Assembly (NCBI GenBank): GCA_963736005.1
Contig: CAVTNB010000001.1
Coordinates: 1,120,001-1,184,000 of the forward strand
Origin: an uncultured Pseudomonadota bacterium
Lineage (GTDB): Bacteria; Vulcanimicrobiota; Vulcanimicrobiia; Eremiobacterales; Eremiobacteraceae
Length of the DNA stretch: 64,000 nt
Reading direction: 5' to 3'
Shown here piece after piece: positions 49,680-59,936 of the stretch; position 1 is the first letter of the stretch, and each line of letters begins with the position of its first letter. Made by a program: the position numbers and the translations under genes. A model generated the notes under the pieces. That model saw nothing but the letters and a program-made list of their open reading frames with translations, was not told where the DNA came from and searched no databases.

Positions 49680-50184
49680 GCGCTCTCCTCTGAAAGTGAC
49701 CGCTTTTTCCACCGCTCTTTTCCACCAGTTCCACGCGTTCGATCGACATCGCGCGATCCGCGGCCTTGCACATGTCGTAGATGGTCAAGGCAGCGACCGC
49801 CGCACCCGTCAGCGCCTCCATCTCCACACCGGTCTGTCCGCTGCTCGCGGCGGCGCAGCGAATGCGCACCCGGTTGCTCCCCTCGATAGTACAGCTGACG
49901 TCGATGTGGGTCAGGGTGAGCGGATGGCAGAGCGGAATGATGTGCGACGTTCGCTTGGCGGCAAGAATCCCGGCAATTTGCGCCGTCACCAGAGCGTCGC
50001 CTTTTTTTGTCGTGCCCTTCTTGAGAAGCGCTAAGGCAGCCGGCTTCATGCGCACCTCGGCTTGGGCCACAGCGATTCGCGTCGTGACGGGCTTGCCGGC
50101 AACATCCACCATCTTGACGGAACCATCTCGCGCGAGGTGCGAAAGGCGTTTAGGAGAACGCGATCCCCGGCCAACGCGCTTCAT
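49672..50184 (-). CDS. moaC: Cyclic pyranopterin monophosphate synthase
   Basis: MVDVAGK, IPLCHPL, TGVEMEAL, YDMCKA and KSGGKSG. Confidence 0.96.
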   Translation of the reverse strand: MKRVGRGSRSPKRLSHLARDGSVKMVDVAGKPVTTRIAVAQAEVRMKPAALALLKKGTTKKGDALVTAQIAGILAAKRTSHIIPLCHPLTLTHIDVSCTIEGSNRVRIRCAAASSGQTGVEMEALTGAAVAALTIYDMCKAADRAMSIERVELVEKSGGKSGHFQRRARA

Positions 50185-51047
50185 GGCAAGCCGGCATGAT
50201 GGCGCCACGTAATGAGGCCAATCATTGCAACGCCAAATATCCAACAGTAGATCGCAAACGGCGTCAACGAGTGTCGGTCAACGAAGCGCATAAAAAAGCG
50301 TATAGCAAAAAAACCGGCGACAAAAGCAACGAGAAAACCGACGACGATGATCGCTAACGGTTCGGGAGCCACCCCCAGTTGGGCTATGTTGTGCTGGCCG
50401 ACGAGATCCGCTGCCTTCGGATGGATGACGCGCCTCATCTCAAACAGGCTCGCCCCAAGGATGGCCGGTCCGGCCAGCAGGAACGAAAAGCGGGCTGCTT
50501 CTTCGCGGGTCAGTCCAGCGAGCATGCCGCCGGCGATCGAGAACCCAGAGCGGGAACCTCCCGGAACGAGCCCTCCTATTTGGGTCAATCCGATCCACAA
50601 GGCCTTGCCCAGTCCGATCTTCTCGATCGTATCGCTTCCTTGGCGCAAACGTTCGACCAAAAACAGAATCAAACCGGTGATGATGAGAAAGCCTGCGGCA
50701 AAGAGCGGCTGCGCGAACAACTTGTCAAATTGCTTTTCGAAAAGTTTTCCCACGATGGCCAAGGGAATGCTTCCTGCGATCACCATCAGTGCAAGCCGTT
50801 CAAACGGCTGAGCAAAACGATCGGTGAAGCCTGAAAAGAACCCGCCGATCAAGCGGCCATAGTCTTTTGCAAAATACACGAGAACTGCCAAGAACGTGCC
50901 CAAGTGCAGCATGACCACGAACGGCAAGCTGGGCAGCTGCCAGCCAAGCAGGTAGGAGATGAGCAGCGTGTGGGCTGCGCTGCTGATGGGGAAGAGTTCG
51001 GCTACTCCCTGGATGATGCCAAGGACGATGGCGTGGAGAAAATCCAT
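50181..51047 (-). CDS. uppP: Undecaprenyl-diphosphate phosphatase
   Basis: QGVAELFPISSAAH, PGGSRSG and AARFSFLL. Confidence 0.95.
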   Translation of the reverse strand: MDFLHAIVLGIIQGVAELFPISSAAHTLLISYLLGWQLPSLPFVVMLHLGTFLAVLVYFAKDYGRLIGGFFSGFTDRFAQPFERLALMVIAGSIPLAIVGKLFEKQFDKLFAQPLFAAGFLIITGLILFLVERLRQGSDTIEKIGLGKALWIGLTQIGGLVPGGSRSGFSIAGGMLAGLTREEAARFSFLLAGPAILGASLFEMRRVIHPKAADLVGQHNIAQLGVAPEPLAIIVVGFLVAFVAGFFAIRFFMRFVDRHSLTPFAIYCWIFGVAMIGLITWRHHAGLP

Positions 51048-51113
51048 GCTTGACGCTTGGCCGCGCTCACCGTCGACGCCTCTTGCGCGACACGTGCGCC
51101 GCTCGCCCCTACA

Positions 51114-51824
51114 TTATTGGTTGAGGAGAAAGGTGTAGATCACCCGATACGTCTGCGTCGCTGGCTCGCCATTTACTTCCGGCGGGGCGTAGGTGCTCTG
51201 TTGCGCCGCTTGCATGGCGGCACGATCTAATGCTGCGTTCCCAGACGATTGCCACACCCGCACATCGCTTGGAACGCCATCGGGAGCGATCGTGACGAGA
51301 ACGATGACTGTCCCCTCAACTCCTTGGTTGATCGCCACTTCGGGGAAATTTGGTTCGACGCGATTGATGAATCGCGCGCTGATAATGATGTCGCGGGCGT
51401 CGATTGGAGTAGGCGAAGCCTGTGGCTCGGTTTCCTCTGCACTGGTTTGCTCAGGCAGCGGCGCTTGCACACCACTGTGGGCGACGGGTGCCACAGCCAG
51501 TGGATAAACAGTCGTGGATGGAACCGGTTTGATCGGGCTAGAACGCGGCTTTGCAGCACTCCGAACTGGTCGCGGCCTGGCTTGCGCTTTGGGTCGTGGG
51601 GTTGGCTTTTGAGTTGGTGTGGGAGTCGGACGAGGGGTCGGTACCCGTTCGATAACGATGGGCACCGCTGGCTGAGTAATCTCTTGGTGCGCCCAGGGAG
51701 CGTGGATCGTTCCGCCAAGCGCAAAGTGTAAGATTGCCGACACAAAGACGAAGATAACGGTGACGAGTGCGATCGACTGGCGATCGGACTTCGAAGATGG
51801 AGCACGCTGGCGCGTTGTCTTCAT
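51114..51824 (-). CDS. TonB family energy transducer
   Basis: TM anchor with SxxxH (SAILH), Pro-rich linker and a TonB C-terminal domain. Confidence 0.85.
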   Translation of the reverse strand: MKTTRQRAPSSKSDRQSIALVTVIFVFVSAILHFALGGTIHAPWAHQEITQPAVPIVIERVPTPRPTPTPTQKPTPRPKAQARPRPVRSAAKPRSSPIKPVPSTTVYPLAVAPVAHSGVQAPLPEQTSAEETEPQASPTPIDARDIIISARFINRVEPNFPEVAINQGVEGTVIVLVTIAPDGVPSDVRVWQSSGNAALDRAAMQAAQQSTYAPPEVNGEPATQTYRVIYTFLLNQ

Positions 51825-51862
51825 GGTTACCCGCGGCCGCGGGTGTTTCGGATAAAAATTCA

Positions 51863-51890
51863 GGTCGCGAATGAATTCGCGACCCTACAT
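51863..51890 (-). repeat. REP element, family A variant
   Basis: GTAG-GGTCGCGAATTCATTCGCGACC. Confidence 0.7.
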
Positions 51891-51895
51891 TATCT

Positions 51896-52624
51896 CTATT
51901 CCAGTTGGAAGTCGTATTCGATTTTGTACTGGCGCGTCGTCGCAACGCCGTTAATCGTCGGCGGTCGAAACGTGCTCGCCTCTGCGGCCGACAGAGCCGA
52001 CTTATCCAAAAGCGCATTGCCTGAAGATTGCGCGATGGAAGCCGCCACCACATTGCCTTGCGGCCCAATCGTGACCAAGACAATAACGGTTCCTTGGATG
52101 TTCTGCTCTTTCACCACGTCCGGGTAGTCGGGCGTCACTTTGTGGATGAAGTCCGAATCTTGGATCACCTCCGGGCCTGCTTGCGGAGGCGGGGTCGCAG
52201 CGGGTGCGACGGTCGGTGCTGCGGTGGGCACACCTTCCGGAGCGCCTGTCGCTGGCGCGACGTATGCTGCTTCTGGCGTCCCTTGGCCACCCTGGCTCAA
52301 CGAGTGAGTGACGTGCAGCTTCAGCGGCGGCGGCGTGTTCTTCTCTGGTGGGGGCGTCGGCGTCGGGGGCGGAGTGGGCGTCGGCTTTGGCGTTGGCGTG
52401 GGCTTGGGCGGTGGCTTAAAATGCATCACCGTGACCATGTGCGGCGGCGGCGTCGCTAGTTCTTTGAAGTGCGGGACTACATTTTCTCCCCACGCGCCAA
52501 GAACGAAGTGTAAGACAACGGAAAAGGTGATGAACGTCAGCGACAGCCCAACGACAGCATAGCGATCTTTTTTGGTAAAGAGCGCTGGAACTGTATGCTG
52601 CTTCGGCGGTTGGTTAGTTGCCAT
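51896..52624 (-). CDS. tonB: TonB family energy transducer
   Basis: SVVLH anchor, PTP repeats and PDYP...QSSGNALLD. Confidence 0.88.
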   Translation of the reverse strand: MATNQPPKQHTVPALFTKKDRYAVVGLSLTFITFSVVLHFVLGAWGENVVPHFKELATPPPHMVTVMHFKPPPKPTPTPKPTPTPPPTPTPPPEKNTPPPLKLHVTHSLSQGGQGTPEAAYVAPATGAPEGVPTAAPTVAPAATPPPQAGPEVIQDSDFIHKVTPDYPDVVKEQNIQGTVIVLVTIGPQGNVVAASIAQSSGNALLDKSALSAAEASTFRPPTINGVATTRQYKIEYDFQLE

Positions 52625-52630
52625 GTTCTC

Positions 52631-53071
52631 CTACTGGCCCGACGCGTTAGGGGCAGCGCCTTGGATCTTGTTCGCCAGACCGAATTGCGAGAAGCCGGCT
52701 CTCTTCGCCGCGTCCATCACCGTGAGCACGGTGCCATACTTTACCGTAGGCGCCGCCTTGATGATAATGTCATCGGCCGCTCCGAACTGCTCGTGGTACG
52801 CTACCATATGGTCGTAAATTTCCAGCTTTGGAATGATCTCGGCGCCAACCTGAATCGTGTCTTGATTGGACTTCGGATCGTGCCCGATGATCATGACGAG
52901 TGGGGAGTTTGTCACCTTAATGCGATTCTTTGCTTCGGGCACGGGCGGGGGTTTCAATAACGACGTCAAGATCATGAAGATGATGAGCAGCACCAACAGC
53001 ACGTCCGTGAACGGCGTGATATTGATGGTGGACATGACCTCTTCTTCCGGCTGCGATCCAATGACTGACAT
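52631..53071 (-). CDS. exbD: ExbD/TolR family protein
   Basis: INITPFTDVLLVLLIIFMI. Confidence 0.92.
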   Translation of the reverse strand: MSVIGSQPEEEVMSTINITPFTDVLLVLLIIFMILTSLLKPPPVPEAKNRIKVTNSPLVMIIGHDPKSNQDTIQVGAEIIPKLEIYDHMVAYHEQFGAADDIIIKAAPTVKYGTVLTVMDAAKRAGFSQFGLANKIQGAAPNASGQ

Positions 53072-53089
53072 GCTGTGTGCGCGCCCTCT

Positions 53090-53527
53090 CTACTCGGTCA
53101 CGAAACCGACGTCATCATCGCCAGCCGCCCGCGCTGCATCCAGAATCTTGATGATCGTGTTGTAGCTTGCGTCTTGGTCGGCGAGCAGCGACACGTGTGT
53201 CGTGTACCCTTGGTTGGCATGCCTTTGATGGTACGAAATTGTGTTGGCCATATCGTTATACAGATCTGCCATCGCAACTGGCTTGCTGTCGATGTAAATG
53301 CTGTTCTTTGCGGTGACTTCCACTTCGATTTGGTGCTGCAGCTGGCTCTTCGTGATATTCTGCGGAGCCGTGTTCTTCTTGGGCAGCTGTTTTTGGAACC
53401 CGGGAGGCGCCGCCAGCGCCGCCAGGATCATGAAGATGATGAGCAAGACCAACAAGACGTCCGTAAACGGCGTAATGTTGATCTCCGCCATCACGTCTGT
53501 GTCTTGCTTGGATGAGGTCATTCCCAT
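53090..53527 (-). CDS. exbD: ExbD/TolR family protein
   Basis: EINITPFTDVLLVLLIIFMI and LADQDASY. Confidence 0.92.
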   Translation of the reverse strand: MGMTSSKQDTDVMAEINITPFTDVLLVLLIIFMILAALAAPPGFQKQLPKKNTAPQNITKSQLQHQIEVEVTAKNSIYIDSKPVAMADLYNDMANTISYHQRHANQGYTTHVSLLADQDASYNTIIKILDAARAAGDDDVGFVTE

Positions 53528-53640
53528 GGTTCGGTCGCCTCGTGCTCTTCTCTAAATACGCTCGCTCAGGTTCGATGGATCACAGCGCAGGCAGCGAGGC
53601 GGCCCGAAAGGAGCCGCCGCTGCATTGACTGGCGCAAGCC

Positions 53641-54354
53641 TTAGCCGCCGGCCGGACCGCTTGGCCGCGGTGCCGGAGCGCCGATCTGGGCTTTGCGCGG
53701 CGTGTAGAGCTCGGTCGGGATTGGCGCGCCGGCATTGTGGAACGCCAGCATCTCGGCGAGCTTGTTTGCCGCAACGATCATCTCTTGGTTATATGCCTTG
53801 ATACGCGATTTGAAATAGTTGAAGAATACCACCGCGCAGACCGCAACCGCCAAGCCAGCCGCCGTGGTCACCAACGCCTCGGCGACACCCGCAGCAACGA
53901 CCGCGGGGGTCGAGTTGCCTTTAAGCGCGATGTCGTTGAAGGCTCGGATGATGCCGAGCACCGTTCCGAAGAGACCCACAAACGGCGCGATAACGGCGAC
54001 CGTACCGATGATCGAGAGGTTCGCCTCGAGCGCATTGAGCTGCTCGAGCAGCGAGATCGAGAGCGCATCCGAGATGTCGGCGCGGCTCTTCTCGTGCCGG
54101 TAGAGGCCGAACTGGAGAATCTTTGGGAGCATGCCCTTGTGCCGATCGCACACGGCGATGGCACCGTTCATGTCATCCTTGGAAACGCGGTCGCCGATCT
54201 CTTTGAGCAGTTGATTTGGATCCGAATGCTGCTTCGAGAAAAAGTACAACCGTTCGAAAACGATACCCACCGAAACGACGGAGAGCAGCAACAGGGCGTA
54301 CATGGCCGGTCCGCCCCGATTTAGGAAGTCAACGAATGCACCAAAAAAATCCAT
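53641..54354 (-). CDS. exbB: ExbB/TolQ/MotA family protein
   Basis: APFVGLFGTVLGII and GVAEALVTTAAGL. Confidence 0.93.
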   Translation of the reverse strand: MDFFGAFVDFLNRGGPAMYALLLLSVVSVGIVFERLYFFSKQHSDPNQLLKEIGDRVSKDDMNGAIAVCDRHKGMLPKILQFGLYRHEKSRADISDALSISLLEQLNALEANLSIIGTVAVIAPFVGLFGTVLGIIRAFNDIALKGNSTPAVVAAGVAEALVTTAAGLAVAVCAVVFFNYFKSRIKAYNQEMIVAANKLAEMLAFHNAGAPIPTELYTPRKAQIGAPAPRPSGPAGG

Positions 54355-54518
54355 TGGTGTTTTTTCCCCTTAATGAGATGATTGGCGAACGATGCTGTAA
54401 GTTTACGCCTCATCCGTGAATAAAGAGGGCGGGCTCGATTCGCCCGTCCGAGTGGCGAATCCGGTTACACGCCACTCTTGGTGATTCCTACTGCAACTTC
54501 TGCCATGGGTCATAACTC

Positions 54519-56167
54519 CTAGCCGCCACCCGACCCGGGCTGATTGGTTTTCTCGTTAACGCCTGAGCCGTTCATAAGGCTGTTGTCCTTACCATTAAGT
54601 TGCGTCCACTGCTTGTCGACGGTTTGCATTGCGTTCTGGTCATTCTTGGCCTTGAAGAGGCTAAAGGCTTGTCGCAATGCGGAATTGGCCTGGTCTTTCT
54701 TGTTTTGGTCCGCGTAGGCGATGCCAAGAGAGTACCAGCCCCAGCCGTAGTTTGGGTCCAACTTGGTGGCGGTCTCAGCATAACGTTGGGCGTCGGCGCT
54801 GTGGTCTGCCTTGTCGGTTGTCTGGCTGAGCAGCAACTGCGCGATCGAGGAGTTGTAAGCGGCGGCGTTCGCGGGTGCCAAGGAGATGGCTTTTTGGAGC
54901 GGGGCATCGATGTTCTTAATGTCACCTTGCGCCGCCGGGAGTTCGGCCAGCCCGAAAGCCGCGTCCGCATTGTTTGGACTGATTTGCAGCGCCTTTTGGT
55001 AAGCGGTTTGTGCGGCCGTGAAGTTCTTTTGACGGGTGTAGATGTCGCCGATGTTAATTTGGGCTTGAGCGTTGGTCGGCTGCACTTGCGCAAGTTGGAG
55101 CAGCGGATTGAGCGCCGCACTTAGATTGCCTTGATTAATGTAGTAACTGGCAAGATATTGATACGCATATGGCGCTTTCGGGTCGGTCGTTTCTGCCTGG
55201 TTCAACGCTTGCAGTCCGCCAGCGGTGTTGCCCGAATAGAGAAGGGCATTTCCGAGCGAGGCATAGAGTCGCGACGTAATCATCGTATTCTTCTTGTCGT
55301 CGAGCTTCTCGGCCGCTTGGTAGTCGGCAAGTGCATCCGGTGATTTGGGATCGAGACCAATTTCGCAATCGCCTTTGAGCATGTGGTATTGCATTTCGCT
55401 AGGGCTTAAGGTCGCAGCCTTCGTCGCGTAGGGCAGACACTCGCTGTACTGCTGGGCGGCCATCAAATTGAATGCATAGTCTCCATATGCGGCCGCAACC
55501 ACACGAGGAGGAACCACTCCCGCCTTGAGCTTCAAGGCCTGCTCGTATGAATCGACCGACGTTTTGAGTTTTGTGGTTTCGTGGTTTGCCGCACCATCGG
55601 CATAGTATGCTTGTCCGCGCTTGGCCCATAGGCGCGGATCGCTTGGACCATTTGCACGCCCTCGTCTGCCAGGCTCTCAGCCTTTGCATAGTCGTTCCCG
55701 CTGAGCGCGGTATCAATGAGCGAGAGACGCGCGACGACGTTGTGAGGATCGGCGCTCAGCTGCTTGGTGAGATCGTTCTGCGCTGCAGTATTCTCTGACA
55801 GACCAGTTAAGGTGAACGCATAGCTGAAATCATAAAACGCAGTTGTCGGTTTGCCGTCTCTGGTTGCCGGTGAATAGGAAGAGAGTTTTGCTACCCGCAG
55901 CACTTCGTCGTCGAGGTCTTTGTGGCCGGAAGACTTGGCGATCATCATTTGTTTGACGCTGCCATCTTCGGCAATGAGGGCTTTGACGAAGACCACACCA
56001 GTCTCGTGTTTGGCACGGGCCGAATCTGGATAGTTCGGCTTGATCTGCACCTTGAACTTTGGTGGGTAAAAATATGAGGGTGCATCCGCTCTCGCTGCAG
56101 GCGCCAGCGCCGCGACGAGCACGAGGACGCCAAAAACAGCCGCTATTGTGCGCGCTACGTTTTGCAT
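54519..56167 (-). pseudogene. Exported TonB C-terminal domain + TPR protein with one apparent frameshift near 55646
   Basis: ORF 55532-56167 (signal peptide, PNYP...SSGHKDLD) continues in another frame as PSDPRLWAKRGQAYY... into the TPR ORF ending at 54519. Confidence 0.75.
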
Positions 56168-56353
56168 GGTTCTCCTTACCTTGACCTTTGGTTGGGAATG
56201 TAGACCGTATTCCGGCCCCGGCGAGAATACCTGTTGTTCGAGGACCATTCGAAAATCTCTTACCCGCATTCCGAGAACGCATAACCCCCCGCAAGCGTTT
56301 CGAGCGCTCGAAGGCAGGACGGTCCTTTTAGTGCCGGGGTCGGGGAGATGCCG

Positions 56354-56401
56354 GTAGCGGACCTTTAGGTCCGCTTGTAGGGGCGATTGGAAAATCGCCC
56401 C
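56354..56401 (+). repeat. Tandem REP pair (family C + family B)
   Basis: GTAGCGGACCTTTAGGTCCGCT-T-GTAGGGGCGATTGGAAAATCGCCCC. Confidence 0.8.
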
Positions 56402-56408
56402 TCGCGGA

Positions 56409-57098
56409 TTATTCTCGCTCACCGCGGAGTCGGGCAAGTTCGCGCATTTCACCTTTGGTCAACCAACGCGTGCATCCAATCTTGAGGTTCCCAAGTTGAA
56501 TGGGCCCAAATTGGGTTCGCGTCAATGCCAGAACGCGCAATCCTTGGCGTGCGCACATGCGGCGCACCTGACGGTTGCGCCCCTCGCGCAGCGAAAGGTC
56601 GAATGTGCTCGAACCATCTGGGCGCGTTCGAACTGACCGAGCTCCCAAAGCTGCAATGGTCGGCGCGTCGAGCGTGCCCCGGACGATGGCGCGATACGTT
56701 CTCGGCACTTGGTTTTTCGGATTGAGAAGAAAGTTCGCAAGTTCGCCGTCACTTGTGCACAAGAGCAACCCGGTCGTCGCGGCATCGAGTCGACCCACAG
56801 GAAACAACCTCTTGCCCGCAGGCAGAAGGTCCGCCACGGTCTTGCGTCCGCGCTCATCTCGCATGGTTGTGACCACGCCCGAGGGCTTGTTGAGGACGAG
56901 TGTTACGTGTTCTTGACCTTCCTGAACGTTCACATGCCTGCCGTCGACGGTGACGGTAGCTACCGAAGGTTCGACCGTATCGCCGAGGTTAGCGCGGCGG
57001 CCATCAATTCGGACTTTGCCGGCGGCAATCAGCGCATCTGCCGCGCGGCGCGATCCCACACCGCAACTTGCAAGAAACTTGTTGAGTCTCACCTTCAA
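56409..57098 (-). CDS. rluB: RsuA/RluB family rRNA pseudouridine synthase
   Basis: S4 domain RLNKFLA, LNKPSG, PVGRLD and EGRNRQVRRM. Confidence 0.9.
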   Translation of the reverse strand: MKVRLNKFLASCGVGSRRAADALIAAGKVRIDGRRANLGDTVEPSVATVTVDGRHVNVQEGQEHVTLVLNKPSGVVTTMRDERGRKTVADLLPAGKRLFPVGRLDAATTGLLLCTSDGELANFLLNPKNQVPRTYRAIVRGTLDAPTIAALGARSVRTRPDGSSTFDLSLREGRNRQVRRMCARQGLRVLALTRTQFGPIQLGNLKIGCTRWLTKGEMRELARLRGERE

Positions 57099-58120
57099 AG
57101 CTTGATAGCGTTCGGCGCGTTTTTGTAGGCTTCGTTCGGTTCGAGAATGACGAGATTACCCGGGTAGTCGATATACACGTTGAACAGCCGCAGGAAATCA
57201 TACCCGATCAGACCGTCTAGCCGTTTGGTCGCAAAGCAGCTGCTCTGCGGCACGGACCAGACAACCCAATTCTTCACGCCCACGTTCTCTACCCGAACCT
57301 GGTCGACTGAATAAGGAGTCATCTCGATGTGGCCGCACAGCGGCCAAAAGAATCGATAGTACGAAGCCTGGGTGTCGTGGCTCAGCTCCTGATACGAGGT
57401 AAAAGCGTGCGGATTGCCGAGCACGAGTCGCGGAAAGACAGCAAACGCCGTCGCGCCTGTATCGATAACGAACGAGCCCCCGGTGGCTGCTCCGACCATT
57501 GCGGAGACAAGGGGTATCCTGTCCTCGGGATAGAGCGAGTACCGCATTGCCGGTTGAGGTGCGTGAAAAGCGGCCGGATCGATGATATGCACCTGCTGGT
57601 GATCGTAGTCGATCTTCACGACCGCCGCCTTCAGAAAATCGTAACCGAGCACGCCGACGATGAGGTTTCCATCCTCGTCGCGGCGGAAAAAGGAGCCTTT
57701 GTTGACCGGCAACCCGCGCATGGTTGCGCCGCCAAACTGAACTGTAGTGATCGTCGCGCTGCCGTCGTCTGCCTGCTGGAGAGCGATGGCGTTAAACACG
57801 GAGTTATCAAGCATGTTGCGGTCCATGCCGGTATCGAGCGTGAGATCCAAGCCACGCCCGTTGACGGTCATGCGAATCGCTATCTCGCCCGTCGTCGAGA
57901 AGCGGGTTGGAATTGTGAGATCTGTGACGCCGGGTGGAAACACCCATGTGGCAGCGGGAGGAGTTGCAGCAGGCGGAGGCTGCGCCGCAGCAGCTTCGGC
58001 CATCGTAAGACCCAGCATGACGAGAACAAAAAGTGGTCTTGCGAATTTATTCGCAACTAAATGTGGTCTTGCGAATTTATTCGCAATTGAATGTAGTCTC
58101 GCGAATTTATTCGCGAGCAT
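57095..58120 (-). CDS. Secreted two-domain retropepsin-like aspartyl protease
   Basis: LDTG and IDTG motifs; GVLGYDFL and GLIGYDFL. Confidence 0.85.
   Translation of the reverse strand: MLANKFARLHSIANKFARPHLVANKFARPLFVLVMLGLTMAEAAAAQPPPAATPPAATWVFPPGVTDLTIPTRFSTTGEIAIRMTVNGRGLDLTLDTGMDRNMLDNSVFNAIALQQADDGSATITTVQFGGATMRGLPVNKGSFFRRDEDGNLIVGVLGYDFLKAAVVKIDYDHQQVHIIDPAAFHAPQPAMRYSLYPEDRIPLVSAMVGAATGGSFVIDTGATAFAVFPRLVLGNPHAFTSYQELSHDTQASYYRFFWPLCGHIEMTPYSVDQVRVENVGVKNWVVWSVPQSSCFATKRLDGLIGYDFLRLFNVYIDYPGNLVILEPNEAYKNAPNAIKL
58031..58120 (+). repeat. Three tandem 30-bp REP family A units overlapping the 5' end of the aspartyl protease ORF
   Basis: GT(G/A)GTCT(T/C)GCGAATTTATTCGC repeated with an exact 30-bp period. 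Confidence 0.85.
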
Positions 58121-58143
58121 TGCTCACCCCACGCGGCTCCGAG

Positions 58144-59739
58144 TTAGCGGTCTTGATCCGCGTTGGCGAGGGACATTGCTTCCTTGGTAACCGACTTGAG
58201 AAAATCTTCGTTGCTGTCGGTGCGGCGGAAGCGTTCCAAAATCAGTTCGGTCATCTCTTGAGTTCCCAGCACGGCAGTTGCGCGCCTCAGCATGACAACT
58301 TTGCGCAGTTCGATTTCACTGAGCAACAGTTCTTCATGCCGCGTTCCGGACCGTTTGATGTCGACGGCGGGGAAAATGCGGCTATCTGCGAGCTTGCGCA
58401 CGAGGTTAATTTCCATATTGCCCGTGCCTTTGAACTCTTCGAAGATGACGTCATCCATTTTCGAGCCCGTCTCGATAAGAGCAGTGGCGACGATTGTGAG
58501 GCTGCCACCCTCTTCGATGTTGCGGGCCGCGCCGAAGAAACGCTTTGGTCGATGCAGCGCGCTCGTGTCCAAACCGCCTGAAAGAGTGCGGCCGGTTGAG
58601 GGCATGACTTGGTTCCAAGCGCGGGCGAGCCGCGTGATGGAGTCGAGCAGAATCACGACGTCATGGCCGAGTTCGACCAACCGCTTGCAACGCTCGAGTG
58701 TGAGCTCGGCAACTGCGGTGTGATTCTCGGGATGCTCATCGAAGGTGGAGGAGATAACCTCGCCTTCGATCGAGCGGCGCATGTCGGTGACTTCTTCTGG
58801 TCGCTCGTCGACGAGCAGCGCAAAGAGGTCGCATTCGGGATGATTCGCCGCAATGGCGTTGGCGATTTTCTTGAGCAGCGTTGTCTTTCCGGCTTTGGGC
58901 GGCGACACAATGAGTGCCCGCTGCCCCTTCCCGATAGGACAGAACAGATCGAAGACGCGGCCGCACATTTCGAGCGGCGAGGTTTCCATCTTCAGTCGCG
59001 AGTCTGGATAAACCGGGACGAGCTTGTCGAAGTGTCCGCGCCCGCGAAGCGCCTCTGGGTCTTGGCCATTGACGGCTTCAACTTTGAGGATGCCGTGATA
59101 CTTTTCGTTATCTTTGGGGTCGCGAATCTGGCCGGCGATAAGATCGCCCGTGCGCAATTCGAACCGACGGATTTGGGATTGTGAAATGTACACGTCATGC
59201 GGACCGGGGCGCATGTTCTCGCGCCGTAAGAAGCCATAGCCCTCAGGCAAAATCTCCAAGACGCCGGTGGCAAAATTTAGGCCAGCGGCTTTGGCTTGGG
59301 CTTCTAAGATGGGGAACACGAGATCTTGTTTTTTGATGCGCTGAAGTTCTTTGATACCGAGGGTCTTTGCGAGATCGACGAGCTCACCGCGCGTCTTGTC
59401 CTCTAATTCCTTGACGGAGAGAATCGGTACGGTTTCGCCGTCTTTGTTTTGATAACTCTTGGGCGCCGGCTGCTCGCGCTCTTGGTAATTGCGAGCGGGG
59501 TAAACCCGCTGCACCCGGTCGGTGCGATTGCCTCGCTCGAACCGGCCACCTCGGTCGTAACGCTCGGGACGGTCACCGCGATCGTATCGTTCGGGGCGGT
59601 CCCCACCCGGATTGCGAGGGGGATACGGACCGGGAGGCCCGTTTCGTTCTCTGCCGCGAGGTCGGGGCGGTGGGGAGGACGAGGACTCGGTTTCGTCTAG
59701 GGATTGAGATTGAGGTTGATAATCGTTATCTTCTTGCAC
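58144..59739 (-). CDS. rho: Transcription termination factor Rho with a polar N-terminal extension
   Basis: [32 protein letters not shown] and EFKGTGNME. Confidence 0.97.
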   Translation of the reverse strand: MQEDNDYQPQSQSLDETESSSSPPPRPRGRERNGPPGPYPPRNPGGDRPERYDRGDRPERYDRGGRFERGNRTDRVQRVYPARNYQEREQPAPKSYQNKDGETVPILSVKELEDKTRGELVDLAKTLGIKELQRIKKQDLVFPILEAQAKAAGLNFATGVLEILPEGYGFLRRENMRPGPHDVYISQSQIRRFELRTGDLIAGQIRDPKDNEKYHGILKVEAVNGQDPEALRGRGHFDKLVPVYPDSRLKMETSPLEMCGRVFDLFCPIGKGQRALIVSPPKAGKTTLLKKIANAIAANHPECDLFALLVDERPEEVTDMRRSIEGEVISSTFDEHPENHTAVAELTLERCKRLVELGHDVVILLDSITRLARAWNQVMPSTGRTLSGGLDTSALHRPKRFFGAARNIEEGGSLTIVATALIETGSKMDDVIFEEFKGTGNMEINLVRKLADSRIFPAVDIKRSGTRHEELLLSEIELRKVVMLRRATAVLGTQEMTELILERFRRTDSNEDFLKSVTKEAMSLANADQDR

Positions 59740-59936
59740 GCTTTTATTTGCCTATCGATGAATGACAACACATATTGATAAGACGACGACGTTGTCGTGA
59801 TTGCTTTCAACGGTCATAACGGAGGGGTGATTTTTTAAGAAGCGGACTCGCAAGCTTGTGAGAGCGAGCGCGCTGCCGCTACTATATCACAGCGGGCCGA
59901 GCGTCGTCAACGGACCGTTGTGTGCGCTTACCCTCA

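Noticed and set aside
53585..53625. GC-rich hairpin between exbB and exbD as an ncRNA
   Set aside because: A single hairpin without recognisable motifs, more simply an mRNA stability or processing element.
58031..58120. Possible mini CRISPR array
   Set aside because: The units are contiguous 30-bp repeats with no unique spacers, they match the dispersed REP family A, and no cas genes are present.
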